Shown here one piece after another: positions 28,323-36,288 of a DNA stretch of 64,000 bases. Source of the stretch: Elusimicrobiaceae bacterium (GTDB lineage Bacteria; Elusimicrobiota; Elusimicrobia; Elusimicrobiales; Elusimicrobiaceae); the NCBI GenBank assembly GCA_045658545.1, contig JAZOVE010000008.1, forward strand, positions 16,995 through 80,994. Reading direction: 5' to 3'. Both the position numbers and the translations under genes were made by a program. The number at the start of each line of letters is the position of its first letter. The first letter of the stretch is position 1. The notes beneath the pieces are model-generated. The model searched no databases, was not told the origin of the DNA, and worked only from the letters and a program-made list of their open reading frames with translations.

Positions 28323-28626
28323 ACTTTCTCCTTTTTTGTTTTTTAACAAAATTGTTTACCTTTAAAATCAGCCAATAAAAAACGGCCGATATATCCAAGA
28401 ACTTTGAGCAGACCTTAAACATAACAGCCGTGGCTTGTAAACAAAAGTTTACAAACACTCGGCACGAAACAAACGGCTCATGACTTCCATCTATTTCGTG
28501 CCTATAATGCTGTATTTTGACGCTCAAAGTACTTTTTTCAAAGTTCTCCGTGTTCTTCACACGGCTCAAAAACAGTTAAATTGTTTTAAGCCTAAAATCA
28601 AGGCTTACATTACTACAAAACTCCTT
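28323..28626 (-). promoter_or_regulatory. Structured ~300-nt 5' leader of the second pilin-like gene
   Basis: The minus strand begins with the same AUGUAAGCC-loop-GGCUU hairpin as the 22.6-kb leader. It then has CCGUGU-gaaga-ACACGG, a 9-bp stem GGCACGAAA...UUUCGUGCC, and UUGUAAAC-uuuu-GUUUACAA. ACUUUGAGC and GCUCAAAGU are complementary segments. A CGGCCG+U6 tract lies ~55 nt before the ATG. Confidence 0.4.
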
Positions 28627-28632
28627 TTTTTA

Positions 28633-28661
28633 ATTATATTGAATTTTTTAATTTTATGCAA
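28633..28661 (-). promoter_or_regulatory. Sigma70-type promoter of the second pilin-like gene leader
   Basis: The minus strand reads TTGCAT (28656..28661), a 17-nt spacer, then TATAAT (28633..28638). Confidence 0.55.
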
Positions 28662-30195
28662 CAGGTAAAATTTCCGCCACTTCCAAAACTTCGCCTTTGC
28701 TTTGTAAATCTCGCAACGCAAGTTCTACTTTGAGCATGGCAATGCAGTCATCTTCATTATACATCAAGACCTTTTTGAGTGCGGCTTCATCACCGTCACT
28801 CAGCCACTTGGTAAAATAAACCATACTGTCCATCGCACCGCAGTCCTTTTGGCGCCAATTAAAACCCAAAGCAGGCGCAGCCGCCTTTAAAGATAAACTC
28901 GGCGCAGGTAAATAAAATGCCTTTTCCACTTCAATTTTTAAGTCAAGGCAAACGGAAACCAAATGTTCAAGTTCCGTCTTAATATTTGGGTATTTGTTGC
29001 AAAGCGCTTTCATTTTTTTAACTTCATATTCAGTCCAATGATAAAGCGCAACATCCGCGCCGCAATTTGCAACATAGTCGGCAAATTGTTTGAAAATTAT
29101 TTCTTCTTCCTTTTCTTCTTTTGCGATAAAGGGGACAAATTTATCTGCCTCTTTATCCCAAACACCGATTAAATAAATAAAGGAAGTATTATTTTCTTCA
29201 AATGTTTCCGTCGCCTCAAAATCAAAATATAAATTGCGCTTTTTTGCCGGCGGCGGGAATTTGCCTTTTGCCCTCAAAACCGGTTTGTTTTTAACAAAAG
29301 CCAAAGCATGCGCGTAAGTTAAAACAGGTGTATTATCTGGGTAAGTATCGTCTGAAAGCAATTCTTTTATTCTTTCAAAACCGGCGGTAACAATATCATC
29401 ATAAGTATTGATATTATTTGCGCGCAAAATTGCACGCATCGTGTTATTAAGATGTGGGATTAAAATTAAATCGTGCTTTTCAAAAGCATATTTGTTTGCA
29501 TAAACACGCCAGGGCGAAAGCGCACCCTTAGGCGGTTTTTTTGATTCGGGTACTATTTCATTTTTCCTTATTGATTGGTAAAGTGCGCCCGCTTTTTGTG
29601 CGCGTTCAAGCACGCGCGCGCAAGTTAAAATTTGCTCTTTTGCTTTAAAAATAAATAAAGCATCACCTGCATCATAACCCTGAATTTCCGTCAAAATTTT
29701 ATTTAAAAGTGCGGTTTGCAAGGCATAATGTTCCTTCATTTCCCCTGCGCGTTTTAATTGCACAATTTTATAATGATAAGCACCGAAAACGCTTTGCCCT
29801 TGCGCTACTTTAAGCAGGAAATTTACCCCCCCGTAAACACCTTCCTGTTGGCGCAAATCCCACAAGTTGCCGCCGATAATACCATCGGCGCCATCTTGCA
29901 TGGCCTGCAAAGTTTTAAGGAATTTTTCACTGTCACTACCGCTAATAATTACGGGGTTTTTACAATGGTCATAGATCCAATGTTCGCGTATTAATCTATC
30001 GGTTTTACCGCGTAAATTTTCGTATAAATTCGGTTCTTCAACGGCTTCTTCTTTAGGTGCGTGGAAGTGGCACCAAAGCCCGAAAGGATCTTCCAAAATT
30101 TGAAACATTTTCCCGGCGGGTAAATCTTCTTTCCCCGGTGTTCTGCCTGCGCTGAAAGTATCAAAAAGTTGCTGGGCTAAATTTTTTGTTTCCAT
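28654..30195 (-). CDS. RecB-like putative nuclease with C-terminal RNase H-like (YprB-type) exonuclease fold (TM0106-like architecture)
   Basis: 513 aa. The C-terminal motifs YFDFE, YHWTEYE and YNEDDC fit a DEDD/RNase H-like fold. The central block VNFLLKV...YKIVQLKR...LQTALLNKIL resembles a PD-(D/E)XK core plus a QxxxY helix, but with N and Q where acidic residues are expected. Confidence 0.45.
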   Translation of the reverse strand: METKNLAQQLFDTFSAGRTPGKEDLPAGKMFQILEDPFGLWCHFHAPKEEAVEEPNLYENLRGKTDRLIREHWIYDHCKNPVIISGSDSEKFLKTLQAMQDGADGIIGGNLWDLRQQEGVYGGVNFLLKVAQGQSVFGAYHYKIVQLKRAGEMKEHYALQTALLNKILTEIQGYDAGDALFIFKAKEQILTCARVLERAQKAGALYQSIRKNEIVPESKKPPKGALSPWRVYANKYAFEKHDLILIPHLNNTMRAILRANNINTYDDIVTAGFERIKELLSDDTYPDNTPVLTYAHALAFVKNKPVLRAKGKFPPPAKKRNLYFDFEATETFEENNTSFIYLIGVWDKEADKFVPFIAKEEKEEEIIFKQFADYVANCGADVALYHWTEYEVKKMKALCNKYPNIKTELEHLVSVCLDLKIEVEKAFYLPAPSLSLKAAAPALGFNWRQKDCGAMDSMVYFTKWLSDGDEAALKKVLMYNEDDCIAMLKVELALRDLQSKGEVLEVAEILPVA

Positions 30196-30196
30196 A

Positions 30197-32050
30197 TTAA
30201 ATTCCGGCTTGCTCCATTTGCTCTAAATAAGAATTTATTTTTTCAATTTGCTCTTGCATTCTTCTTATTTCGGCTTCGTCTTGTATTTCTTGCATTCTTT
30301 GTTTATAGCGGTCTAAAGCGCCTTCTAATTTGTTTTTCATCTCGGTAAAATTTTCTTGCGACCCGCTGATCTCCGCATCCAAAGCCCATAAATCGGGGTT
30401 ATCAGGGTCAATTTCTAATCCTTGGGTTAAATATTTTTTAGCCGTATCATAATCTTTTTCTTGAGCAATTGCAATTGCCGCGGCTTGCTGAATTTTTAAA
30501 TCTTTAGGTTTTTCTTCCGCCGCTATTTTAAACATCTCGCTTGCTTCTTTCATTTTGCCTTGCCCTTGATAAGCCAAGCCTAAATTATAGGCATTACCGG
30601 CGTCGGGGTTATCTTGATAAATTTGCTTAAACAAATCTGCGGCCTTGTCATACTCTTGCCTTTTAAAAGCATTAGCGGCTTCCTGAAAACGCTGATTTGT
30701 ACGTGTCGTAATTTCTTGCCCTTCAAGCAATTGATATTTTGTTTGCGCATCTTCCGCAACTTTATTATTACCGGCTTCTGCGGCAAGTTCCGCGGCATTC
30801 TGATAAGCTTGTTTTGCCTGTGCGGTTTGGCCTAAACTATTGTACATATCGCCTTTAGCCAAAGCGGCTTGATAATTGTTTGAGTTTAACTCAAGAACTT
30901 TATTTAAGTCGTTAAATGCGGATTTATAATCACCTTTTTGATAATTTGCAATAGCGCGGTTATAGTAAAGGGCTTCATTATCTTGGTTCTTTTCAATAGC
31001 TTTATCTAAGACGGAAGTAGCGCCCTCAAAATCTTTTTGGGAAACTAATTTTTTTGCTTTTGCAACACTTTCAAAAGGTGTATCTTTTAATAATTCTTTT
31101 TTTGAAATTTTGGGTTGCTTGGTGCTTTGCTCGGCAACTGTTTGTTCAAAACTCGGCGCAACATCATCTAAACTTGCTTTAACATCTTCAACAAGAGCGG
31201 CGGCACTCTCGCCTTTCGGCAATAATTCCTGAAAGTCTGAAAATGTTTCACTTTCCGAAAAATGCTTTAAAGATTTTGAAATTTTATCCATCACATTTTT
31301 ATTAACTGCCGGATTAGTTTGTGCTTTAGATTTATTTTTACCGTCGGAAATTTTGCCTGTTTGCTTTTTGTTTTTAGAAGTATTTGTTTGCGTAGCTTGA
31401 TTTTGCGCGTTCTGTTTTAACCCTTCGGTCAATAAACCGGACATATTTTTTGCCTGCAAAGAAGCGCCTAAATTACCTTCTTTTTTATACAAATTTTGTG
31501 CCTTTTTAAAATCTTGATTTGCCGCCTCATAATTGCCTAAATTCAAATTAGTTACGGCGCGGTTATAATAATTATCTGCCTTTCCCGAAAGTTGTGCCGC
31601 GATAGTAAAATCCCTTTCGGCTTCATCAAAATCTTGGAAATTAAAATTAATTTCCCCCCTAACTTGATAATAATTCGGGTTTTGCGGATCCAGTGAAATT
31701 GCTTTATTTATAGCTTCTAACGCCGACGGTAAATTGCCTTGTTTTTGCAACATTTGCGCTTTTAAAGCGTGCAAATTAGCGTCTTGCGGGCGGTACTTTA
31801 AAATTTCATCTAAAGAGGAAATAATATCTTTAGGTTCTTTGTTTTGCATATTCATTAAATTTTCAATGGCGCGTTGCAATTTTTCCTGATTATTATTTGT
31901 TTGGTTTTGACGGTTCCCCCTTATCTTATCAAAAGCGGAAACAGTATTTTGCTGCGTCGGTAATACAGTTTTATCTTCTCTCTTTAAAGATATCACAGCT
32001 ATACTTGCAATTATTACACCTAAAAAAATTCCTAAAATAAACTTTTTCAT
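30197..32050 (-). CDS. Membrane-anchored tetratricopeptide (TPR) repeat protein
   Basis: Has an N-terminal TM helix (ILGIFLGVIIASIAVISL) and many TPR-like units (e.g. ALYYNRAIANYQKGDYKSAFNDLNKVLELNSNN) separated by a Q/N/K-rich linker. Confidence 0.8.
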   Translation of the reverse strand: MKKFILGIFLGVIIASIAVISLKREDKTVLPTQQNTVSAFDKIRGNRQNQTNNNQEKLQRAIENLMNMQNKEPKDIISSLDEILKYRPQDANLHALKAQMLQKQGNLPSALEAINKAISLDPQNPNYYQVRGEINFNFQDFDEAERDFTIAAQLSGKADNYYNRAVTNLNLGNYEAANQDFKKAQNLYKKEGNLGASLQAKNMSGLLTEGLKQNAQNQATQTNTSKNKKQTGKISDGKNKSKAQTNPAVNKNVMDKISKSLKHFSESETFSDFQELLPKGESAAALVEDVKASLDDVAPSFEQTVAEQSTKQPKISKKELLKDTPFESVAKAKKLVSQKDFEGATSVLDKAIEKNQDNEALYYNRAIANYQKGDYKSAFNDLNKVLELNSNNYQAALAKGDMYNSLGQTAQAKQAYQNAAELAAEAGNNKVAEDAQTKYQLLEGQEITTRTNQRFQEAANAFKRQEYDKAADLFKQIYQDNPDAGNAYNLGLAYQGQGKMKEASEMFKIAAEEKPKDLKIQQAAAIAIAQEKDYDTAKKYLTQGLEIDPDNPDLWALDAEISGSQENFTEMKNKLEGALDRYKQRMQEIQDEAEIRRMQEQIEKINSYLEQMEQAGI

Positions 32051-32057
32051 AAATCAC

Positions 32058-32813
32058 CTAAAGTAAATCTTTTAATTTAATATGCCTTTCTTTATGAATT
32101 GAATAAGGGCAGCGCATACGCATCAAGCATTGTAAGCAAGATTGCGTGCGTGGTAAAAATTCCTCACCGCTTTCAAGTTTCTCGCCTATTTCTATATAAC
32201 GGCCTAAAATATATTCTTCGTTAACATCTTCAAAAGGAATTGAAAATATTTTATTTAATGCCACAAAATAAATGCTTGCTTTCCCTTCAGTTTTGCCCCA
32301 AGCCCGCTTTGCACCGATAGAATAAAGCGCAAGCTGCAAAGAATTATTTACATCAAAATTATCTGCAATTTTAGCATCTGTTTTATAATCAATTACATGG
32401 TAAGAACCGTCGGGCAATTTTTCAAAGCGGTCAATTTTACCGCGGAATTTCCAACCCTCATACTCAAATTGAAACTCTTTTTCACATCCTAAAATTTCAC
32501 TTTCTCTGTACTGTTCGCGTTTTGCATAATCTTCAATTATGCGTTTGCCTTTTAAGTAAAATTCCATTTGTTCGGCGGCATTTGCATAACCTGCACCCAA
32601 AAAACAACGGTTGTAATAGACAAGTAAACTTCCGGGTTCATTAGAGTGTGTATGATATTCCTCTAAAGTTTTATGGATTGATACCCCCAAAGAAGTTACT
32701 GCAACAAGGCCTTCCCTTCTGCCGTCGATATATTTTAATTTATAAAGGAAAGGGCAAAATAAATAAGTTGCTATTTTTGAATAATTTAATTCGTGATAAT
32801 TATTTGGTATCAT
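32058..32813 (-). CDS. PD-(D/E)XK nuclease family protein, Cas4/AddB-like with Fe-S cysteines
   Basis: One N-terminal Cys (YLFCPFLY), GKIDRFE...HVIDYKT (D, D-x-K), the QLALY helix, and a C-terminal CLQCLMRMRC (CX2CX5C). Confidence 0.7.
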   Translation of the reverse strand: MIPNNYHELNYSKIATYLFCPFLYKLKYIDGRREGLVAVTSLGVSIHKTLEEYHTHSNEPGSLLVYYNRCFLGAGYANAAEQMEFYLKGKRIIEDYAKREQYRESEILGCEKEFQFEYEGWKFRGKIDRFEKLPDGSYHVIDYKTDAKIADNFDVNNSLQLALYSIGAKRAWGKTEGKASIYFVALNKIFSIPFEDVNEEYILGRYIEIGEKLESGEEFLPRTQSCLQCLMRMRCPYSIHKERHIKLKDLL

Positions 32814-33385
32814 TTGTATTTTAAAAAGTGAACGACGGTATCGCCGTATTTTTCTTCCCTGATAATTTGCAAAGCAAGCGGCAGTTCAAAAGTTTCTTTT
32901 TTATGATGCTGGGCAACTATTAAGCCGTCCTCTGCAAGAAGTTTTGACTCCGCAATTTGTTTTAAAACAGGCCCTGTAAAAAACAAAGGAGTATTTTTAA
33001 TATCTCTATAAGGCGGACCCATAAAGATAATATCATACCCACTTCCTTCACTGTAAGCGCTAAGCCAGGCAAGCGGTTTTAAAAGGTCGGCTTTTAAAAC
33101 CGTTGCTCTGTCGGTAAAACCTAAATGTTCCGCATTACGTTTAATGGCTTTAAGGCAAGCTATTTCCTTTTCTGCCGATACAGTTTTCAAAGCACCGCGT
33201 GATAATGCTTCCATCGACACATTACCCGTTCCGGCAAACAAATCCAAAAATACTGCCCCGGTTATTTTAGGGCGTATAATATCAAAAACGGATTGTTTTA
33301 TTCTATCCGAAATCGGCTTAACGGGAAGCTTTTTTGATACGGAAAATAATTTCCGCCCGCGTGCTGTACCGGCAATAATTCTCAT
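32810..33385 (-). CDS. rsmD: 16S rRNA (guanine966-N2)-methyltransferase
   Basis: MRIIAGTARGRKL, the FLDLFAGTGNVSMEALSRGA SAM motif, and the IIFMGPPY catalytic motif. Confidence 0.85.
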   Translation of the reverse strand: MRIIAGTARGRKLFSVSKKLPVKPISDRIKQSVFDIIRPKITGAVFLDLFAGTGNVSMEALSRGALKTVSAEKEIACLKAIKRNAEHLGFTDRATVLKADLLKPLAWLSAYSEGSGYDIIFMGPPYRDIKNTPLFFTGPVLKQIAESKLLAEDGLIVAQHHKKETFELPLALQIIREEKYGDTVVHFLKYK

Positions 33386-33387
33386 AA

Positions 33388-34035
33388 CTAAATATGGGCG
33401 ATGCCTTGTTTTAAAGCATAGCGTATAAGCTCTGCCTGCTTATGGATATTAAGCTTTCTCATAATATTATTTCTGTGCACGTGAACGGTATTTAAAGAAA
33501 GTTTAAATTCATCAGCGATTTTTTTGCTTGTAAAGCCTTCTGCAATAAGTTGCAAAATTTCGCGTTCTTTATTGGTTAAATGGACGATAGGGCTGCTGCG
33601 GCGGCCTTCTGCTTTATCTAAGAAACCTTGCATTAAATATTTTGCCGCTTGTGAGCAGATAAAAAACCTGCCTGCCATAACTTCTTTAATTGCTTCAAGT
33701 ATTTCTTTTATTGATGCATCTTTTACCACAAAACCATAGGCACCGGCTTGAACGGCGCGTTCAACGGAGGCCCTATCATCATACATACTTAAAATGATAA
33801 CTTTAGCTTTCGGTTGCATTTTCATAATACGTTGTGTTGCATCAATACCGTTTAAAAGCGGCATACCGATATCAACTATATAAACATCTGCTTTATGTTG
33901 TTTAGCGGCTTCTAAAAGTTCTTTACCGTTTGAAACTTCGGCAACAACTTTTATGTCTGTATTTTTTCTTTCAAGTACAGAGATTATACTTTGCCTAACG
34001 ATGACATGGTCATCAGCCATTATAATTTTTATCAT
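33388..34035 (-). CDS. NarL/FixJ-family response regulator (receiver + LuxR-type HTH)
   Basis: Receiver domain (IIMADDH, DVYIVDIGMP, ILSMY) and a C-terminal LTNKEREILQLIAEGFTSKKIADEFKLSLNTVHVHRNNIMRKL. Confidence 0.9.
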   Translation of the reverse strand: MIKIIMADDHVIVRQSIISVLERKNTDIKVVAEVSNGKELLEAAKQHKADVYIVDIGMPLLNGIDATQRIMKMQPKAKVIILSMYDDRASVERAVQAGAYGFVVKDASIKEILEAIKEVMAGRFFICSQAAKYLMQGFLDKAEGRRSSPIVHLTNKEREILQLIAEGFTSKKIADEFKLSLNTVHVHRNNIMRKLNIHKQAELIRYALKQGIAHI

Positions 34036-34040
34036 AGATA

Positions 34041-35123
34041 TTACCTTTGATAATTAGATTTAGGGCATTTCACACTGATTGCCGTACCTTGCCCTAGTTT
34101 ACTTGTCAATTTCATTGTACCTTTTAGGGATTCAATGTTTTCCTTCATACCTGCAAGCCCCAAACTTTTAGCACTTCTGTGAACTTGCGGTTTAAAACCT
34201 TTACCGTCATCTTTTATATTAAGATATAAGTAAGATTTATCTTCTTTTAGTTCTACCGTCAAATTTTTTGCTTTAGCATATTTAACGGTATTACTCAAAG
34301 CTTCTTGAACTGTTCTGTATAAAACTAATTTTACCGTATCGGTAAGTATAGTTTTATCTTGAATTTTATAAGAATATTTAATTTTTATTTTTGCCGTTTT
34401 AGCGGTTTTATCAAGCAAATCTTGAATAGATAAATTTAACCCCACAGTATCAAGTTGCGGCGGGCGCAAAGAAGTTATAATTTCCTTCATGGCGGAAACG
34501 GAATCTTTAAAAGAATCCTGTAAACTTGAGAGGGTATTTAATACGTCTTTTTTAGATTTTTCTTTTATATCTTCTTTCAAAAGTTCAATTAAAGCATTTA
34601 TTCTGACGGACAAATTACCTAGCTGGTCATGTATCGCGGAAGTTATCAAACGTTTTTCTTCTTCCCTTGCTTGCATAATAACGCGCACGAAACTTTGCCC
34701 GGCCTTTTCCGCAACGACTATTGATTTATTTTGATTAACGGATAGCTCATCCAACATCTTTATGACAAAGAGAACAGTATTTATTTTCCCTTTATCGTCG
34801 GTTAAAGGTATGGCGATTGTATTAAAAAATACGGGGAAAGTGATATTTTCAAACCAATCATAAGAAATGCGCTTGCCGGAAAATGCCGTATTGCGCGCGG
34901 AATCATGCACACTATTTGTTTTGAGATTCTTTTTAAAATAATTATCAAAAATATTACGTGAACCGTAGACATAGGAATAGTTACCGGCTTTATCACACAT
35001 ATACACGCAAACATAGCGCCCAGACAAAGTAATTTCCGCAGAACCTTCCTTTAATGTATAAGGTACTCTGCTTGCAAGAGCATTACTTGTAATATTTGGG
35101 GTTTTAGGTATCATATTTAACAT
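34041..35123 (-). CDS. Cytoplasmic sensor histidine kinase (HisKA_3 / HATPase_c, NarL-partner type)
   Basis: There is no TM segment and the N-terminal domain is PAS-like. Has the H-box SAIHDQLGNLS and an ATPase domain (EALSNTVKYA, IKDDGKGF, LGLAGMKE). Confidence 0.85.
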   Translation of the reverse strand: MLNMIPKTPNITSNALASRVPYTLKEGSAEITLSGRYVCVYMCDKAGNYSYVYGSRNIFDNYFKKNLKTNSVHDSARNTAFSGKRISYDWFENITFPVFFNTIAIPLTDDKGKINTVLFVIKMLDELSVNQNKSIVVAEKAGQSFVRVIMQAREEEKRLITSAIHDQLGNLSVRINALIELLKEDIKEKSKKDVLNTLSSLQDSFKDSVSAMKEIITSLRPPQLDTVGLNLSIQDLLDKTAKTAKIKIKYSYKIQDKTILTDTVKLVLYRTVQEALSNTVKYAKAKNLTVELKEDKSYLYLNIKDDGKGFKPQVHRSAKSLGLAGMKENIESLKGTMKLTSKLGQGTAISVKCPKSNYQR

Positions 35124-35203
35124 ATTATACTATATTTTAGTTATGAAAGGTAACCCTTTTTAAGATGTTTATAATTACTTATTTATAAGTGTTAAGCGGG
35201 CGC

Positions 35204-35686
35204 TTATTTATCTTTATGCTGTAAGTTTTCAAGTTCTTTGATTAGAGTATTTAAAGTGGGGTACAAATTATTTAAATACTCATTTTCAAAAGTGGCAAGG
35301 CGCCGCTCAAGAGTATGTGCTAAAGCTTTGAGTTCATTATAATGTTTTTGTTCAAGCAAACGGTTTTCTTCCAAATTATAACTGAAATCTTTTACTTTAT
35401 CTTTTAAGTCAAAAATTTCGCGCAACGGTAAAGAGTCCGTTTTAGCAAATAAACGCTGCACTTGTTGAACTGTATTAGCTTCTTCTTTAACTTCTTCAAT
35501 AAAATCTTTTACAAGCCCTTGTTCGGTTTTATTTTCTTGTTGTTCTGTTTCGGTTATAGGGGTATCAGTTTGCGGGGTATCTTCCCAAGGGAATTCTTCT
35601 TCCGGGGAATCTGCCTCTTTATACTTTGCGATGAAGTAAAAGAGTAAACCTAAACAAAATAAAAAACAAAGTGAATATATTATCAT
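35204..35686 (-). CDS. Hypothetical membrane-anchored coiled-coil protein
   Basis: 160 aa with an N-terminal TM helix, an acidic T/E/Q-rich linker and a heptad-like C-terminus. No recognisable family. Confidence 0.5.
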   Translation of the reverse strand: MIIYSLCFLFCLGLLFYFIAKYKEADSPEEEFPWEDTPQTDTPITETEQQENKTEQGLVKDFIEEVKEEANTVQQVQRLFAKTDSLPLREIFDLKDKVKDFSYNLEENRLLEQKHYNELKALAHTLERRLATFENEYLNNLYPTLNTLIKELENLQHKDK

Positions 35687-35760
35687 ATCTTTATAATAGC
35701 AAATTTTTTACATTATGCGCAAATTTTTTAATTAACGGAAAATTGAGTTTAACAAGCAAA

Positions 35761-35940
35761 GGTATTTTTGAGATAATTTTTGTTTTTATCGGAGCGAAAT
35801 AACATAAAGCCAAACCGTGCACAAAATCCGACAAGTATTTTTGAGGAAATTTTGATTTTTACTGCGACGACAAGTACCAAGAAGAACGTGGAGCGAAGCG
35901 ACATCTCGGTACTTTAGGAGCTGAAAAATCAAAATTTACC
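35761..35940. repeat. Imperfect ~73-nt direct repeat plus a long inverted repeat in an ORF-free region
   Basis: GTATTTTTGAGATAATTTTTGTTTTTA (35762..) and GTATTTTTGAGGAAATTTTGATTTTTA (35835..) are direct copies. GAAATTTTGATTTTT (about 35846..35860) is complementary to AAAAATCAAAATTTA (35925..35939), with inner AAGTACC/GGTACTT pairing. GGAGCGAA occurs twice. Confidence 0.6.
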
Positions 35941-35990
35941 AAAAAGAATTAGCCGGCAAATAATAGTAACTGCACATTCATATCCCCCCC

Positions 35991-36019
35991 TTGAAATTTT
36001 GGCAATAGTATGTTAAACT
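35991..36019 (+). promoter_or_regulatory. Sigma70-type promoter of the 1337-aa gene (implies a ~260-nt 5' UTR)
   Basis: TTGAAA (35991..35996), a 17-nt spacer, then TAAACT (36014..36019). A C7 tract precedes it. The UTR contains hairpins (TGCCGCT..AGCGGCA at ~36135..36160) and repeated GCAGTAAG words. Confidence 0.45.
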
Positions 36020-36288
36020 ATAATTGTAGTATTATAAGTAGTGCAGTAAGCAGTAATTTGTATTTTTAACTTTTGCCGGTCGGTAAAAGTGTAAAAAACA
36101 TAGGCATTGTTTATTTTTGGTATTTAAAAATTTGTGCCGCTTAATCACTTAGCGGCAAGAAGTAAAAACAGTCAAGCAACACATCAGGCAACAAAGTGAA
36201 ACAGCAGTAAGGCAGTAAGAGTTGTATAAATAACTTTTTGCTCGGGTAATTTTCCCTAAAGAGTGAAAAGACACAAGGAGGCATCACT

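Noticed and set aside
28303-28569. 88-aa ORF (minus strand) overlapping the second pilin leader and the pilin start
   Set aside because: It has no SD, overlaps the well-supported pilin start (AAGGAG + ATG at 28322) out of frame, and crosses several strong hairpins.
28605-28626. Possible start-stop mini-ORF (AAGGAG-N10-ATG TAA) at the 5' end of the second pilin leader, with ATGTAA also in the first leader
   Set aside because: With the predicted -10 at 28633..28638, the SD-like AAGGAG would lie at or before the transcription start. The first leader has no SD at all. The shared ATGTAAGCC is better read as part of the conserved hairpin.
35981-35994. 14-nt identity TATCCCCCCCTTGA between the giant-gene promoter region and pepT coding sequence (63861..63874)
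   Set aside because: This is a single short match. The pepT copy encodes conserved YQGGDI, so coincidence is the most likely explanation.
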